A DNA stretch of 64,000 nt from Syntrophales bacterium (GCA_040765725.1 JAXGRQ010000003.1:81363-145362), one strand, 5' to 3'; shown: positions 32,032 through 42,653, counted from the stretch's first letter. Notes: generated by a model from the letters alone, not told the origin. Numbers and translations: made by a program.

Positions 32032-32922
32032 ATGACCGTGGAGAAGACCCGAACGACAAGCATCCTTCTGAGATGCGGACAGTGCGTCCCGCTCTGTGTC
32101 CGGAAACTCTTCTTCAAATCCCTGTTCGGGCTTTTCTACCACGTATCCCTGAAGCATCGGCTGATCGCTTTGCACAACCTGAGGCGCGCCTTTCCGGAAA
32201 AGAAGATGGAAGAGCTGATGGCGATCGCCAAGGGAGTCTACCGCAGCGAAGCCATCACGATAGCGGAATTCTTCAGCCTGCCGTCCATCACACCGCGAAA
32301 CCTCCATGAATGGGTCGATGTGGAAGGGTTGGAACATTACCGGGAGGCGATTTCGCGCGGCAAAGGGGTTCTCTCGATCGTTGCCCACTTCGGCAACTGG
32401 GAGCTGATGACCATCGCCGTCCCATTTCTGTTGAAACCCATGCATATCGTCTACCGCCCGCTGGACAATCCCCTCCTGGACAACCTATTCGAACATGTTC
32501 GGACGATGCACGGCAATACGCTGATCCCGAAGGGGGGATCCGGCAAACGGGTTGTGGAACTTCTCCAAGAGAACCACATCATCGGAATCCTGAGCGACCA
32601 AAATGTATCCGTCCGGGAAGGGGTTTTTGTCGATTTCTTCGGCCGTCCGGCCTGCTCGGGGGTCGGGTTGGCGGTTATGGCCCTGCGTTCCGGTGCGCCG
32701 ATCATCCCGGCCTTCATGGCAAGGCAGAAGTCCGGGAAATACAAGCTGATCCTGAAACCCGTCGTGGAGGTCTCCCGAACCGGGGATTACGAACGGGATC
32801 TGCTGGAGAACACCCAGCGATTTACCCGAATCGTCGAAGAGGTCGTCCGGGAGTACCCCGACCAGTGGTTCTGGATCCACCAGCGTTGGAAAACGCAGAA
32901 GTGTCAAATCGGGACGGAATAG
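32032..32922 (+). CDS. LpxL/HtrB-family lysophospholipid / lipid A acyltransferase
   Basis: 296-aa ORF with N-terminal hydrophobic segment. HFGNWE (HX4-type acyltransferase motif) and DQWFWIHQRWK C-terminus are typical of the family. Confidence 0.8.
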   Translation: MTVEKTRTTSILLRCGQCVPLCVRKLFFKSLFGLFYHVSLKHRLIALHNLRRAFPEKKMEELMAIAKGVYRSEAITIAEFFSLPSITPRNLHEWVDVEGLEHYREAISRGKGVLSIVAHFGNWELMTIAVPFLLKPMHIVYRPLDNPLLDNLFEHVRTMHGNTLIPKGGSGKRVVELLQENHIIGILSDQNVSVREGVFVDFFGRPACSGVGLAVMALRSGAPIIPAFMARQKSGKYKLILKPVVEVSRTGDYERDLLENTQRFTRIVEEVVREYPDQWFWIHQRWKTQKCQIGTE

Positions 32923-32962
32923 CAATCGATGCGCCCGGAAAAGAGGACCCTTTCATGAGGTT

Positions 32963-35035
32963 TTGCCGATCTTGATTTACCTGAGGGACATCAGCCTTTC
33001 CTTCTCTGACCGAAAGATCTTTGACAGGATCAACTGGACGATCACCGACCGCGGACGCGTCGGTCTGGTCGGCGACAACGGGACCGGCAAGACGACGATG
33101 CTGCGGGCCATCCTCGGAACCGTCGACCTGGATGGAGGGACCATCGAGATCCCCGACCGCAAGCGGGTCTCGATCGGCTACCTTCCCCAGGATTTGGTCG
33201 AGCTGGACCCTCTGCCGCTTCTGGATTACCTGCGGCGGAAAAGCGGCATCGCCGCACTGGAGAGGCAACTCAGGCGCTGCGAGGAGTCCCTGTCAACCTC
33301 TTGCGCCGATGATGTCGAACACGAAAAAATGCTGAAGGATTACGAAACCGCCCTCGCCCGATTCCAGGCAAGGGACGGCTATGCCTTCGAGTCACAGGCC
33401 AAGCAGATGCTCGCCGGTTTCGGATTTCGCCAGAGCGACTTCACGAAGAACTGCGCGGAGTTCTCCGGCGGTTGGAAGATGCGGATCATGCTTTCCGTCA
33501 TTCTCCTCTCCCGGCCGGACATCATGCTCCTCGACGAGCCGACCAATCACCTCGACACGGAAAGCCTCGAATGGCTGGAGAGCTGGCTGAAGGACTACCC
33601 CGGGACGATCGTCGCGATCGCCCATGACCGCGTCTTCCTCGACAAGATCGTCACCGTGATTGCCGAACTGGCGAACCGGCAGATCACGCTTTACAAGGGA
33701 AACTACTCCCATTACCTCGCCGAGAAGGAGCGCCGCCGCGAGGCCCTCCGGAAAGAGATGGAGCTGCAGAGAGCCGAGATCAAGCGGATCAAAGGGTTTA
33801 TCGAAAGGTTCCGCTACAAGGCCACCAAGGCCAGCCAGGTTCAAAGCCGTGTGAAGCAGTTGGAGAAGTTCGAAATGCTCCGGGAGGAGGGAAACGGCCG
33901 GGCCGTGAAAATACGCTTCCCGGAGAGTCCCCGCAGTGGAAAGGAGGTCCTTTCGGTGCGCCGTCTGGCAAAATCCTACGGGGATCTCAGCGTTTTCCAT
34001 GACGTGAATTTCACGCTCTACCGGGGCGAAAAGGCGGCTGTCGTCGGCGTGAACGGAGCGGGAAAATCCACCCTTTCACGGATCCTCAGCGGCGTCGAAA
34101 CGCAGACGGCCGGCGAAGTCTCCACGGGATTGAACGTGAAGATGGCTTTTTTCTCGCAGGAGAGCGCACAGAACCTGGATTATCGGCGAACGATCTGGGA
34201 TGAGGTCAACGCCGCCGGGACGCGGAGCAACGACCAGGAGCGGCGGAATCTGCTGGGCGCCTTCCTCTTCTCCGGGGACGACATCCACAAGGAAATTTCG
34301 ATCCTCTCCGGGGGCGAGAAGTCCCGGCTGGCTCTGTTGAAAATCCTGCTGACCGACACAAACCTGCTGATCCTCGACGAACCCACGAATCACCTCGACA
34401 TCAAGACCAGAGAGATTTTTCAGAATGCACTTCTCCGCTACCAGGGCACGATCCTGATCGTTTCGCATGACCGCTACTTCCTGGACTGCCTCGTCAGCCG
34501 GGTTTTCGAACTCCGGAACGGCGTCTGCCGTGAATATCGCGGCAACTACTCCTACTTCATCGAAAAGCGACGGGAAGAGCAGATCCCGCCGTCGGCGACA
34601 GCGGCAGTTGCGCCTTTGACAAAAGTCGCTGCCGGGTCACATCAGCCCATCACGGCGACACAGTCCGCTGCGGGGCAGGGAAACGCTCCGGAGCCGAAGT
34701 CTCAAGAGGAACGGAGCCGCAAGAGCAAGGAAGAAAAAAGGCGGGAAGCCGAGGAACGAAACCGGATCTCCCGGGCGACGGCTTCGCTGAGACGCGATCT
34801 GGAAAAAACCGAGCAGCAAATCGGCTTGTTTGAGGCGAAAAAAAAAGAGGCCGAAGGCGTCCTTTGCGAACCGGACACCTACAAAGATCCGGAACGGATC
34901 AGGATTCTCAACCAGGAGGTCAGGGCAGCCGACGCACAACTCGAAGACCTCTACTACCGCTGGAACAACCTGAGTCTTCGGCTGGAGTCGATCGAGGAGT
35001 CTCTGAGGGCCGGAAAGCGGGAGAGGTTGTCCTGA
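32963..35035 (+). CDS. ABC-F family ATPase (Uup-like, long C-terminal coiled coil)
   Basis: Two ABC cassettes: Walker A GDNGTGKTT and GVNGAGKST, signatures FSGGWKMR and LSGGEKSR. No TM domain, Lys/Glu/Arg-rich C-terminal tail. Apparent TTG start. Confidence 0.9.
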   Translation: MPILIYLRDISLSFSDRKIFDRINWTITDRGRVGLVGDNGTGKTTMLRAILGTVDLDGGTIEIPDRKRVSIGYLPQDLVELDPLPLLDYLRRKSGIAALERQLRRCEESLSTSCADDVEHEKMLKDYETALARFQARDGYAFESQAKQMLAGFGFRQSDFTKNCAEFSGGWKMRIMLSVILLSRPDIMLLDEPTNHLDTESLEWLESWLKDYPGTIVAIAHDRVFLDKIVTVIAELANRQITLYKGNYSHYLAEKERRREALRKEMELQRAEIKRIKGFIERFRYKATKASQVQSRVKQLEKFEMLREEGNGRAVKIRFPESPRSGKEVLSVRRLAKSYGDLSVFHDVNFTLYRGEKAAVVGVNGAGKSTLSRILSGVETQTAGEVSTGLNVKMAFFSQESAQNLDYRRTIWDEVNAAGTRSNDQERRNLLGAFLFSGDDIHKEISILSGGEKSRLALLKILLTDTNLLILDEPTNHLDIKTREIFQNALLRYQGTILIVSHDRYFLDCLVSRVFELRNGVCREYRGNYSYFIEKRREEQIPPSATAAVAPLTKVAAGSHQPITATQSAAGQGNAPEPKSQEERSRKSKEEKRREAEERNRISRATASLRRDLEKTEQQIGLFEAKKKEAEGVLCEPDTYKDPERIRILNQEVRAADAQLEDLYYRWNNLSLRLESIEESLRAGKRERLS

Positions 35036-35124
35036 AGATTTCGGCAGCGCATCCGGACAAGTTGGGGATCACGCATCCCTTCTTTATCGTGCGGCTCCGT
35101 ATACGGCATGCCGAACGTAAAAAC

Positions 35125-35158
35125 ACGGGCCGGCTTTGAGCCGGCCCGTTTTCCTTTT
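35125..35158. terminator. Bidirectional intrinsic terminator between convergent genes
   Basis: Perfect 10-bp stem ACGGGCCGGC / GCCGGCCCGT with TTTGA loop. Followed by TTTTCCTTTT and preceded by AAAAAC. Confidence 0.8.
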
Positions 35159-35177
35159 GTCCGAACAACCGCAGTCG

Positions 35178-35693
35178 CTATACCCCGTCCAGACTCGTGC
35201 TTTCATGTTTTCGATACCAGGCGCCCGGATCGATGAAATACTCCTCCGTATCTTTCAGGGAGGCGTAATGCTCCTGTTCGATGCCGGAGAGCAGCCCGAA
35301 GAACGCCTTCTCCTTCGGATCGGTCGATTTGTCCCGGAGCTCCGCATAAAACTGCGCCCCCTTGGCCTCAAAATCGATCGCTTTGCGGACCGCCGCCAGA
35401 TCATCGGCATCCCCGCCCTGAGTCTCCCCGCCCCGAGCCGCCTTTCCGAATACCGACCGAACCGCGGTGTCCGCAACTTTCAACGGGACGGTTTCCGGCC
35501 ATTTCCGATCCTTCTTCCAGTTTTCGGCCAGCTGTTTCAGGCGTTCATGGTGTTCCAGCTCCTCGCCTGCAATCTGCGCGAACATGGCCTTGCCGACCGG
35601 ATTCGAGGTTCTTTCGGCATTTTTCAGGTAGAAATGGTGCTCGTTCATCTCATTCTTCAACGCGATTTCCAGTGCATTCAAACGTGGTTCCAT
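35178..35693 (-). CDS. Ferritin-like diiron four-helix-bundle protein (rubrerythrin-family domain only)
   Basis: 171-aa ORF with paired E...ExxH-type motifs: NEMNEHH, GEELEHHERL, FEAKGAQFY, GIEQEHYASL. Confidence 0.65.
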   Translation of the reverse strand: MEPRLNALEIALKNEMNEHHFYLKNAERTSNPVGKAMFAQIAGEELEHHERLKQLAENWKKDRKWPETVPLKVADTAVRSVFGKAARGGETQGGDADDLAAVRKAIDFEAKGAQFYAELRDKSTDPKEKAFFGLLSGIEQEHYASLKDTEEYFIDPGAWYRKHESTSLDGV

Positions 35694-35822
35694 GGATATC
35701 TCCTTTTCATTCCTGCGTCCGGTGTCTTGGACGTGACATGTTTAACTTATTTTAAGAACAACCCCGGTTGTTTGGTTTCCTCAGGACGGCGGATCATTCC
35801 CGGAAACGGGAGTCTCCGCCGC

Positions 35823-36320
35823 CTATTCAATCTTCCGGAACAGTTTTCCCTTCGCCCCGCAGACCGGGCAGGTCTCGGGAGCCTCCCTCTCTGAGGTGTA
35901 TCCGCAGACAGGGCATACATAGTAGGGGTAAGTCTCTCCGCTTTCTCCCAGACTCTTCAACAACTTTTGATAGAGCGCGGCGTGGACCTTTTCCACCTCA
36001 TTGGCAAAATGGAAGGAGCGTTCCGCCTCCTTGTTCCCCTCAGTCCGGGCCGATTCGATCATCCCGGGATACATGGACTTGAATTCATGAGTCTCGCCGG
36101 CCACGGCCGCTTCAAGATTTTCCCGGGTGGAACGGACCTCCTTCAGCGCGCGCAAATGGCTGTGCGCGTGGATCGTTTCCGCATCCGCCGCCGCCCTGAA
36201 CAGCCGGGCGGCCTGGGGAAACCCCTCCTGGTCCGCCTTGGCGGCAAAGGCCAGATACTTCCGGTTGGCTTGGGATTCGCCGGCGAAGGCCTCCCTCAAT
36301 GCATCTTCCGTTTTGGACAT
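35823..36320 (-). CDS. rbr: Rubrerythrin
   Basis: LREAFAGESQANRKYLAFA and ETIHAHSH / THEFKSMYP diiron motifs, plus C-terminal rubredoxin-like CPVCGY...CPVCGA. ATG at 36320; the ORF extends to 36431. Confidence 0.9.
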   Translation of the reverse strand: MSKTEDALREAFAGESQANRKYLAFAAKADQEGFPQAARLFRAAADAETIHAHSHLRALKEVRSTRENLEAAVAGETHEFKSMYPGMIESARTEGNKEAERSFHFANEVEKVHAALYQKLLKSLGESGETYPYYVCPVCGYTSEREAPETCPVCGAKGKLFRKIE

Positions 36321-36351
36321 CCCTGTTTCTCCTTTCCGTTCCATTTTCAAT

Positions 36352-37161
36352 TCAGGTATAGGTTCCCGGGAAATTGGGTTTTCGCTTCTCCTTTTGCGCG
36401 CGAATCCCCTCTCGGGCGTCGGCGCTGGCAAAGATGGGCAGCCCGATCTCCAATTCCTTCTGGAACGCGGCGCTGAATCCCATCTCCATGCTTTCCCGGA
36501 AACAGCGGATGATCCCTTGTACGGCGAGCGGCCCGTTTCCGGCGATCCTCTCCGACAATTCCATGGCCGCCGCCATCAAGTCGCCCACCGGAACGACGCG
36601 ATTGAGGAATCCCCATTCCAGCAGGGTCTGAGCCTTGAAATTACCAGCAGTGAGCAAAATTTCCATGGCCCGGCAAGGCGTCAGGATCCTTGGCAGATAG
36701 ACGTTCGATCCGCCGGTCGGCATGATGCCCAGGCTCGCCTCTCGCATCTGAAAAACGGCATCCTCCGATGCGATGCGCAGGTCCGCCCCCATGATCATCT
36801 CAAATCCCCCGGTGAGGCAGTAACCGTTCACGGCGGCAATGACCGGCTTTTTGACGATGTTCGGTTTCAGCATCGCCTCCGCCACATGCGGCCCCACCCG
36901 GGAAAGCCACCGTTCCGCATCGGTCTCCGGCTCACGCATCTTGGTCAGGATCGGAATCGCCGTCCGGAGGTCCATCCCGGAGCAGAAAATATCCGGAAGG
37001 CAGGAATGGAGGATCACGACGCGGATTTGATCATCCGCGTTGACATTTTTCCAGGCCTCATGCAAATCCATCAGAATCTGGGGATCGAGCGCATTTTTTT
37101 CCTTCGGGCGGTTCAGGCCCACCTTCGCGATATGCCCTTCCTTTTCAAAATTCAAGCCCAT
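36352..37161 (-). CDS. Enoyl-CoA hydratase/isomerase (crotonase) family protein
   Basis: KVGLNRPKEKNAL, FCSGMDL and VIAAVNGYCLTGGFEMIMGADLRIA oxyanion-hole motifs. Confidence 0.85.
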   Translation of the reverse strand: MGLNFEKEGHIAKVGLNRPKEKNALDPQILMDLHEAWKNVNADDQIRVVILHSCLPDIFCSGMDLRTAIPILTKMREPETDAERWLSRVGPHVAEAMLKPNIVKKPVIAAVNGYCLTGGFEMIMGADLRIASEDAVFQMREASLGIMPTGGSNVYLPRILTPCRAMEILLTAGNFKAQTLLEWGFLNRVVPVGDLMAAAMELSERIAGNGPLAVQGIIRCFRESMEMGFSAAFQKELEIGLPIFASADAREGIRAQKEKRKPNFPGTYT

Positions 37162-37232
37162 GGATGCCTCCATTCGTTTGCATTTTTAGCAAATTTCGAT
37201 TTTGACCACAAGCCGAAAATCAGACCCCTTCT

Positions 37233-38288
37233 CTACCCTTCGCCATACTGCTCCCGGATCCAGGACTGATAGGCGCCGCTCCGGACCCGCTCGTTCCATT
37301 CTTTGTGTTCAAGATACCAGAGCACGGTCTTCCGCAGACCGGATGCAAAGGATTCAGCGGGTCTCCAGCCCAGCTCCCCGCTCAACTTGGAAAAATCGAT
37401 CGCGTATCGACGGTCGTGACCGGGCCGATCCTTCACGAACGTGATCAGACGCCGTCGGGGCGCTCCCGCAGGCTCGATTTCGTCCACGAGGTCGCAGATC
37501 ATCTCCACGATGGTGATGTTCTCCATCTCCGCATGACCGCCGATGTTGTACGTTTCTCCGCGTGCCCCTTTTTCCATGATCGTCCGGATCGCCTCGCAAT
37601 GGTCGGTGACATAAAGCCAGTCCCGGACATTCCTTCCGTCTCCGTATACCGGAAGAGGTTTCCCGTCCCGCGCGTTGAGGACGATCAGCGGAATCAACTT
37701 TTCAGGGAACTGATAGGGGCCGTAATTGTTCGAACAGTTGGAGATCGTGGTCGGCAAGCCGTAGGTTTCATGGTAGGCCCGGACAAGATGATCGGAGGAT
37801 GCCTTGGACGCGGAATAGGGACTGTTCGGACGGTAAGGCGTTTCCTCGGTGAAATACCCCTCCCGGCCAAGACTTCCGTACACCTCGTCGGTGCTGATGT
37901 GGTGGAAAATACGGAAGCGGCTGCCGGCGCCCCTCGCCGCTTCAAGGAGGTTGAACGTTCCGATGATGTTGGTCTGTACAAAGCTGTCCGGCTTTTTGAT
38001 GGAACGGTCCACATGGGACTCCGCCGCGAAATGACAGACGGCATCGATCCGATGGCGGTCAAAAATGTCCCTGAGCGCGTTCATGTCGCAGATATCCGCT
38101 TTCTCGAAGAAATAACGTTCGGGATGTGCTTCTTTGACGCCTTTGAGGTTGTCGGGATTACCGGCATAGGTTAGGCAGTCCGTGTTGATGATCCGGCCCT
38201 GGAAATGCCCGTCCGCAAGCAGATGACGGATAAAGTTGCTCCCGATAAAACCGCACCCCCCCGTGACCAATAAATTTTCGCTGTTCAT
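37233..38288 (-). CDS. rfbB: dTDP-glucose 4,6-dehydratase
   Basis: [20 protein letters not shown] and [11 protein letters not shown] (YxxxK). ATG at 38288; the 105 upstream codons of the tracked ORF are not protein-like. Confidence 0.95.
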   Translation of the reverse strand: MNSENLLVTGGCGFIGSNFIRHLLADGHFQGRIINTDCLTYAGNPDNLKGVKEAHPERYFFEKADICDMNALRDIFDRHRIDAVCHFAAESHVDRSIKKPDSFVQTNIIGTFNLLEAARGAGSRFRIFHHISTDEVYGSLGREGYFTEETPYRPNSPYSASKASSDHLVRAYHETYGLPTTISNCSNNYGPYQFPEKLIPLIVLNARDGKPLPVYGDGRNVRDWLYVTDHCEAIRTIMEKGARGETYNIGGHAEMENITIVEMICDLVDEIEPAGAPRRRLITFVKDRPGHDRRYAIDFSKLSGELGWRPAESFASGLRKTVLWYLEHKEWNERVRSGAYQSWIREQYGEG

Positions 38289-38448
38289 GGATCTCCTTTC
38301 ATCATTGGCCTCTCCCGCTCGGCACGTGAGCTTCCGGAACATGCGACGAACCGTCTTTGTGAAGCCAATAAGACCTCGCCTTTTCCCGACGCCGTTCGGC
38401 GGGCCCCATCTTATGGAAATCGGTCCGCTTGTCAACCGATAATTGGCG

Positions 38449-39252
38449 CTACAGGTAGGATCGGGCCCCTGCAAAGGTCCGCTTGAAAGGGTCCACGGCA
38501 AGGGAATCCGCGCGAATCCGCTTCCCCCGGCCCGGGGCATGGATGAACCAACCATCGCCGGCATAGATACCGACATGGGAAACCTCGGCGCCCCCGTCCG
38601 CAAAGAAAAGGATATCCCCTCTCCCCGGCGCCGAGCGATCCACGGGGATCCCTGCCGTGAACTGATCCCGCGATGTCCGGGGAAGATCGAGTCCGTTCAA
38701 ATGATAGACGGTCATCGTCAATCCGCTGCAGTCGAAACCGGTTTCGGCCGAGCTTCCTCCCCAGAGATATGGAACACCGATAAAGCTCCGGGCGGTCCGT
38801 ACCAGTTCATCGCGCAGGTAAGCCTCGCCGCGTGCATCCCTCTGTGCGGCGGTGTATTCCTCGGGTGCGACAATATAGAACTCTTCGATAATACCCCTTG
38901 CCCTGAGATCCTCGGCCCGCTCCCTGGCCTGTTCCCGGCTTGGAAAATTGCCAAAACGGACCTTATACAAACCCTGAGCGGCAACAAAATAGGTGGCATT
39001 GAGACCTTTCTGCTGAAGGGACCGGGTGAGATGTGCGGCATTTTCCACCCGCGTAAACGCCCCGGCCTGGATGCTATAAGCGAGCCGGGAAAGCGTCTTC
39101 ATTCCCACAAACGGCACCGACGGGGCGGTCGGCTTGATATCGGGATGAACGGTCAAACGGCCACACCCCCCGACCACAAGGATCAGGAGAATTCCGCCCA
39201 GCAGCAGAGACCCCCTGCGGCGCTTCCTCTCCATCCTGTATTTCCCCATCAT
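38449..39252 (-). CDS. SPOR-domain / NlpC-P60 cell-wall hydrolase lipoprotein
   Basis: Lipobox-like LVVGGCG, SPOR-like [14 protein letters not shown]...[14 protein letters not shown] and NlpC/P60 (YLWGGSS..GFDCSGL, SHVGIY...FIHAP). Confidence 0.8.
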   Translation of the reverse strand: MMGKYRMERKRRRGSLLLGGILLILVVGGCGRLTVHPDIKPTAPSVPFVGMKTLSRLAYSIQAGAFTRVENAAHLTRSLQQKGLNATYFVAAQGLYKVRFGNFPSREQARERAEDLRARGIIEEFYIVAPEEYTAAQRDARGEAYLRDELVRTARSFIGVPYLWGGSSAETGFDCSGLTMTVYHLNGLDLPRTSRDQFTAGIPVDRSAPGRGDILFFADGGAEVSHVGIYAGDGWFIHAPGRGKRIRADSLAVDPFKRTFAGARSYL

Positions 39253-39404
39253 CGTCGTCCGTACGGCGTCATTTTTGCGGGACACTTTCAGCAATCCTTG
39301 CAGAAAAAGCAAGCGCTCTCTCCGGGATCGGCATGACGGGTTTTGTTTGACATGCCCATGCGTCTTGACTATAGTTCTTCCAGTTTTCGAAAAGGGGGCA
39401 AGGG

Positions 39405-39953
39405 ATGTTTCAGAAGGCCAAATGGGCTGCGGCCAGGATTGTCTTTATCCTGTTCGCGCTGGCGGGTGCGATTTCAGGCAATTTGCTCACCTACCTTCTG
39501 GGTCCCCTCTATTCCTGGTATTTTTTCAATGATTTTCATTTTTTAAAGTACCATCGTTATAGCTTTCCGGTCACCGTCAGCGCTTGGAGGCTGCTCAAAG
39601 AATGGATCCACAATCCGGCGTACCGCAGCATGTTCGCCATCCCGCTGACGGCGCCTCCGATGATCGGACCGGACCGGTCGCGCGTTCGGGTTCGGGGCTC
39701 CTGGCACGAACACGACGGGGCCTGCAATGGTTGCACCCGCTGCTGCACGATGAGGCACTGCCCGATGCTGGACACGGAGCGAAACCGGTGCAGAAGCTAC
39801 GGGTCATTTTTCTGGCGCTATTTCAACTGCGGCCGGTATCCAGAAAACAGCGAGCAGATCCGGTTTTACGAATGCAACAAGTGGGAAGTCATCAACGAAA
39901 CGGGCACTGAAACGATCCACGGCCCGATGCCCGATCAAGTCCCCCCGTTTTGA
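39405..39953 (+). CDS. Cys-rich membrane-associated protein with CxxCxxCC (YkgJ/UPF0153-like) motif
   Basis: 182-aa ORF with an N-terminal TM helix, then CNGCTRCC, HCPML, RCRSYG and FNCGRYP. Its 3' end overlaps the convergent cca gene by 19 nt. Confidence 0.5.
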   Translation: MFQKAKWAAARIVFILFALAGAISGNLLTYLLGPLYSWYFFNDFHFLKYHRYSFPVTVSAWRLLKEWIHNPAYRSMFAIPLTAPPMIGPDRSRVRVRGSWHEHDGACNGCTRCCTMRHCPMLDTERNRCRSYGSFFWRYFNCGRYPENSEQIRFYECNKWEVINETGTETIHGPMPDQVPPF

Positions 39954-41299
39954 CATTTCAGGCAACCCCAATGCCGGCACACAAGATCGCGAGCGCCGTC
40001 GGTATCGACGATCCGTCCGTCCAGTTGGGCATCCTCGACCGCTCGTAGAATCTCTTTGAACACCGGTCCCGGCGAAAAGCCCATCCCGATCAGGTCCCTG
40101 CCGGTGAGCAGACGGGGCGGCCGGAGCGTCTCCAAGGGAAACTCCATGCGCTTCTGCCTGCAGAACTCATAATGGTCCAGCAATCCATGACTCGCAAGAC
40201 AATCGAGCCGGTGGAGCTCCAGATGCAGACCGAAATCAGGCACCCGCAGGAATCGTTTCAGGCGGTTCGGCCTCATCTTCTTTACATTCATGAAGAGCAT
40301 GTGTCCTCGAACGAGTGCCAGGATCGCCTCCATCTCCTCCCGAGAAAAACGGAGCCGCCGAAGGATAGCGGAGGAGATCCGCTCCCCCTGCTGAACATGG
40401 CCGTAAAAATGGGTCCCGCTTTCGTCCTCGGAACGGGTAACCCCCTTTCCGACATCATGGAGCAGAGCGGCCCACGCCAGACGCGGGTCGGCCACCCCAT
40501 CCCGCCTGGGAAGCAGCGAAAGCATCCGCAGCGTATGTTCCCAGACATCCCCTTCGGGATGAAAGGCCGGGGGTTGAATGACCCCCCGAAGGATGTGAAC
40601 CTCCGGCAGAATTTCCGCCAGCAAACCGCTCTGAAATAGAAGCTCCATGCCGCGGCGGGCCGCCTGACCGGTCAGCAGCCGCGACAGCTCGTCACGGATT
40701 CTTTCGGCGCTGATCTTTCGGATGCCGGCCGCATGATCGCGGATCCCCGCAAAGGTGAAAGGTTCAATCGTGAAATCAAGCGTCGATGCGAAGCGAACCG
40801 CCCGGAGCATCCGGAGGTGATCCTCCATGAAACGCTTCGCCGGATCACCGATCGCACGGATGATCCCATCTTCGATGTCGCGCCGCCCCTCGATGTGATC
40901 GACGATCCGTCCGGTCACCGGGTCCATCAGCAGGCCGTTGATCGTGAAATCCCTCCGGCGGACATCCTCTGCCGCCGTCGTGTATGTGATACGGGAGGGG
41001 CGGCGGCCGTCATTGTAATCCGCCTCTGCGCGAAATGTGGCCACTTCATAAGCCGTTCCCTCCACGACGACAAGGCAAACGCCGAAACGATCGCCGATGG
41101 GAATGGTTTTCGAAAAGATCTCCCGGACCTTTTCCGGCAGAGCTGCCGTAACGATATCGTAATCCGTTGGGGATTTACCTCGGAGAAGGTCGCGGACGCA
41201 TCCGCCCACCCAGAAGGTCTCGTAACCGGCATCCCGCAGCCGGCGGACAATATCGGTGGCATTATCCTTTTGTCGATCCGCCCGGTCCTGGATCATCAC
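39935..41299 (-). CDS. cca: CCA tRNA nucleotidyltransferase (class II, with HD domain)
   Basis: WVGGCVRDLLRGKSPTDYDIVT and RFGVCLV head-domain motifs, then an HD region LLHDVGK...HFYGH. Confidence 0.85.
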   Translation of the reverse strand: MMIQDRADRQKDNATDIVRRLRDAGYETFWVGGCVRDLLRGKSPTDYDIVTAALPEKVREIFSKTIPIGDRFGVCLVVVEGTAYEVATFRAEADYNDGRRPSRITYTTAAEDVRRRDFTINGLLMDPVTGRIVDHIEGRRDIEDGIIRAIGDPAKRFMEDHLRMLRAVRFASTLDFTIEPFTFAGIRDHAAGIRKISAERIRDELSRLLTGQAARRGMELLFQSGLLAEILPEVHILRGVIQPPAFHPEGDVWEHTLRMLSLLPRRDGVADPRLAWAALLHDVGKGVTRSEDESGTHFYGHVQQGERISSAILRRLRFSREEMEAILALVRGHMLFMNVKKMRPNRLKRFLRVPDFGLHLELHRLDCLASHGLLDHYEFCRQKRMEFPLETLRPPRLLTGRDLIGMGFSPGPVFKEILRAVEDAQLDGRIVDTDGARDLVCRHWGCLKCQNGGT

Positions 41300-41338
41300 G
41301 ATATCCTCGATGGATGCTGCAATGGATGAACGGGGACA

Positions 41339-42519
41339 TCACCGTTTCCACCTCCGCAGGCCACAGTGAAGCGCCGTGGTGAAAATGATGGTGGTAAGTG
41401 TGGATCCGATCGGCAATTCCCAGGGTTTGATCAGGTAGTAAAAGACTATTCCTGTGACGAGCGAAACGGTGGCAAGGCCGTCCGCCCGGCACTCGCGGCG
41501 ATCTCTTTTCAGAATGAAGTAATCGCTGAGGAGGATGGCGATGAGGGGAGAGAACACCGACCCGAGCAGGCAGAGGAAATCCGTGTATCGTTCGATCGGA
41601 AAAACCAGCGCGATGGCTGTGCCGATCACGGTAAAACCCACCGCCGCGATCCGGTCATTGACCCTGGGGAAAATATTGATCAGTGAAATCCCCGCCGAAT
41701 AGACGTCGAGGAAGGTGGTCGTCACGGTCGAGAGTCCGAGAACGGCCAGCGCCGTCAATCCCATATTGGCGGCAAGCATGATTTTCGTCGGATCGGGCGA
41801 TCCGGACAAAAGGCCGCCGGACATTCCGATCAAATACATCCAGCAGCTCCCGATAAAATATCCGAAGAATGGGGCGATCAGGGCGCCCCTCTTGGTTCTC
41901 GCGAGGGAGGTATAATCGGAAATCAGCGGGAACCAGCTCAACGGCATGATGATCGAGAGTTCGAATCCCATGCCGAAGGCCCCTTTTGTGCTCACCGCGG
42001 TCGCCGAGGCGGGCGGTTGAATGAAAATGACCCAGCTCATCAGGATCGTGAGGAGAAGCAGGAATCCGGCGGCCAATGTGTTGATCCGTTTGAACCCCTT
42101 CACCCCCCAGAAGACCCAGAGGCCGACCAGCAGACCGACCAGACAGGACATCCACCGCGGGTGATCGAAATGCCACAGGGAAACGGCGATGGCGTTCATC
42201 GCCGTTCCTCCCTCGATCACCATGATCGCCGTCCAGCCGACGAGCTGGAGGATGTTGACGATCGAGATCAGGTAGGACCCTGCTTCCCGAAGGAGATCCT
42301 CGTAGACATGATCGCGGGGACCTTCTCCCGGAAGCCGATGAAGCCGGCCAGCACCAGCAAAAGGGTCCCCGCAAGATGACCGAGCAGAATCGCGGAGATC
42401 CCCCTCGCCGCTCCCAGCTCCGCCAGGTATCCCCCCGTCAGAATTTCGGCAACGGAAACGGCTGCGCCGAACCAGAGAAAAAAGAGGTTGATCCCGTTCA
42501 GGCTTGTTTTTTCTTTCAT
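41339..42519 (-). pseudogene. cytX: CytX-like hydroxymethylpyrimidine / cytosine-purine permease family transporter, split by an apparent 1-nt frameshift near 42270-42285
   Basis: The N-terminal 83 aa (42268-42519, MKEKTSLNGINLFFLWFGAAVS...STRISFGKQGPT*) continue as ...GSYLISIVNILQLVGWTAIMV in the frame of ORF 41339-42532. One extra base in CAGGGTCC would fuse them. It is the last gene of the TPP-riboswitch operon. Confidence 0.75.
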
Positions 42520-42653
42520 CGGCGCGCCTCATCGCCCGTTTCCGTTTTTCCCTTTTTCCCGTTCAATAAACCCCCGGATCCTCGTCGGAACAGGTTTCGA
42601 ATCTTTTCCCCGTCATCCAACCGGCAGCCACGCCTCAAGTTCCCCACATCTGT

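Noticed and set aside
35755-35790. Palindrome AACAACCGGGGTTGTT just after the rubrerythrin stop, considered as a terminator.
   Set aside because: The stem is only about 6 bp and is not followed by a U-run (CTTAAAAT). Too weak to call.
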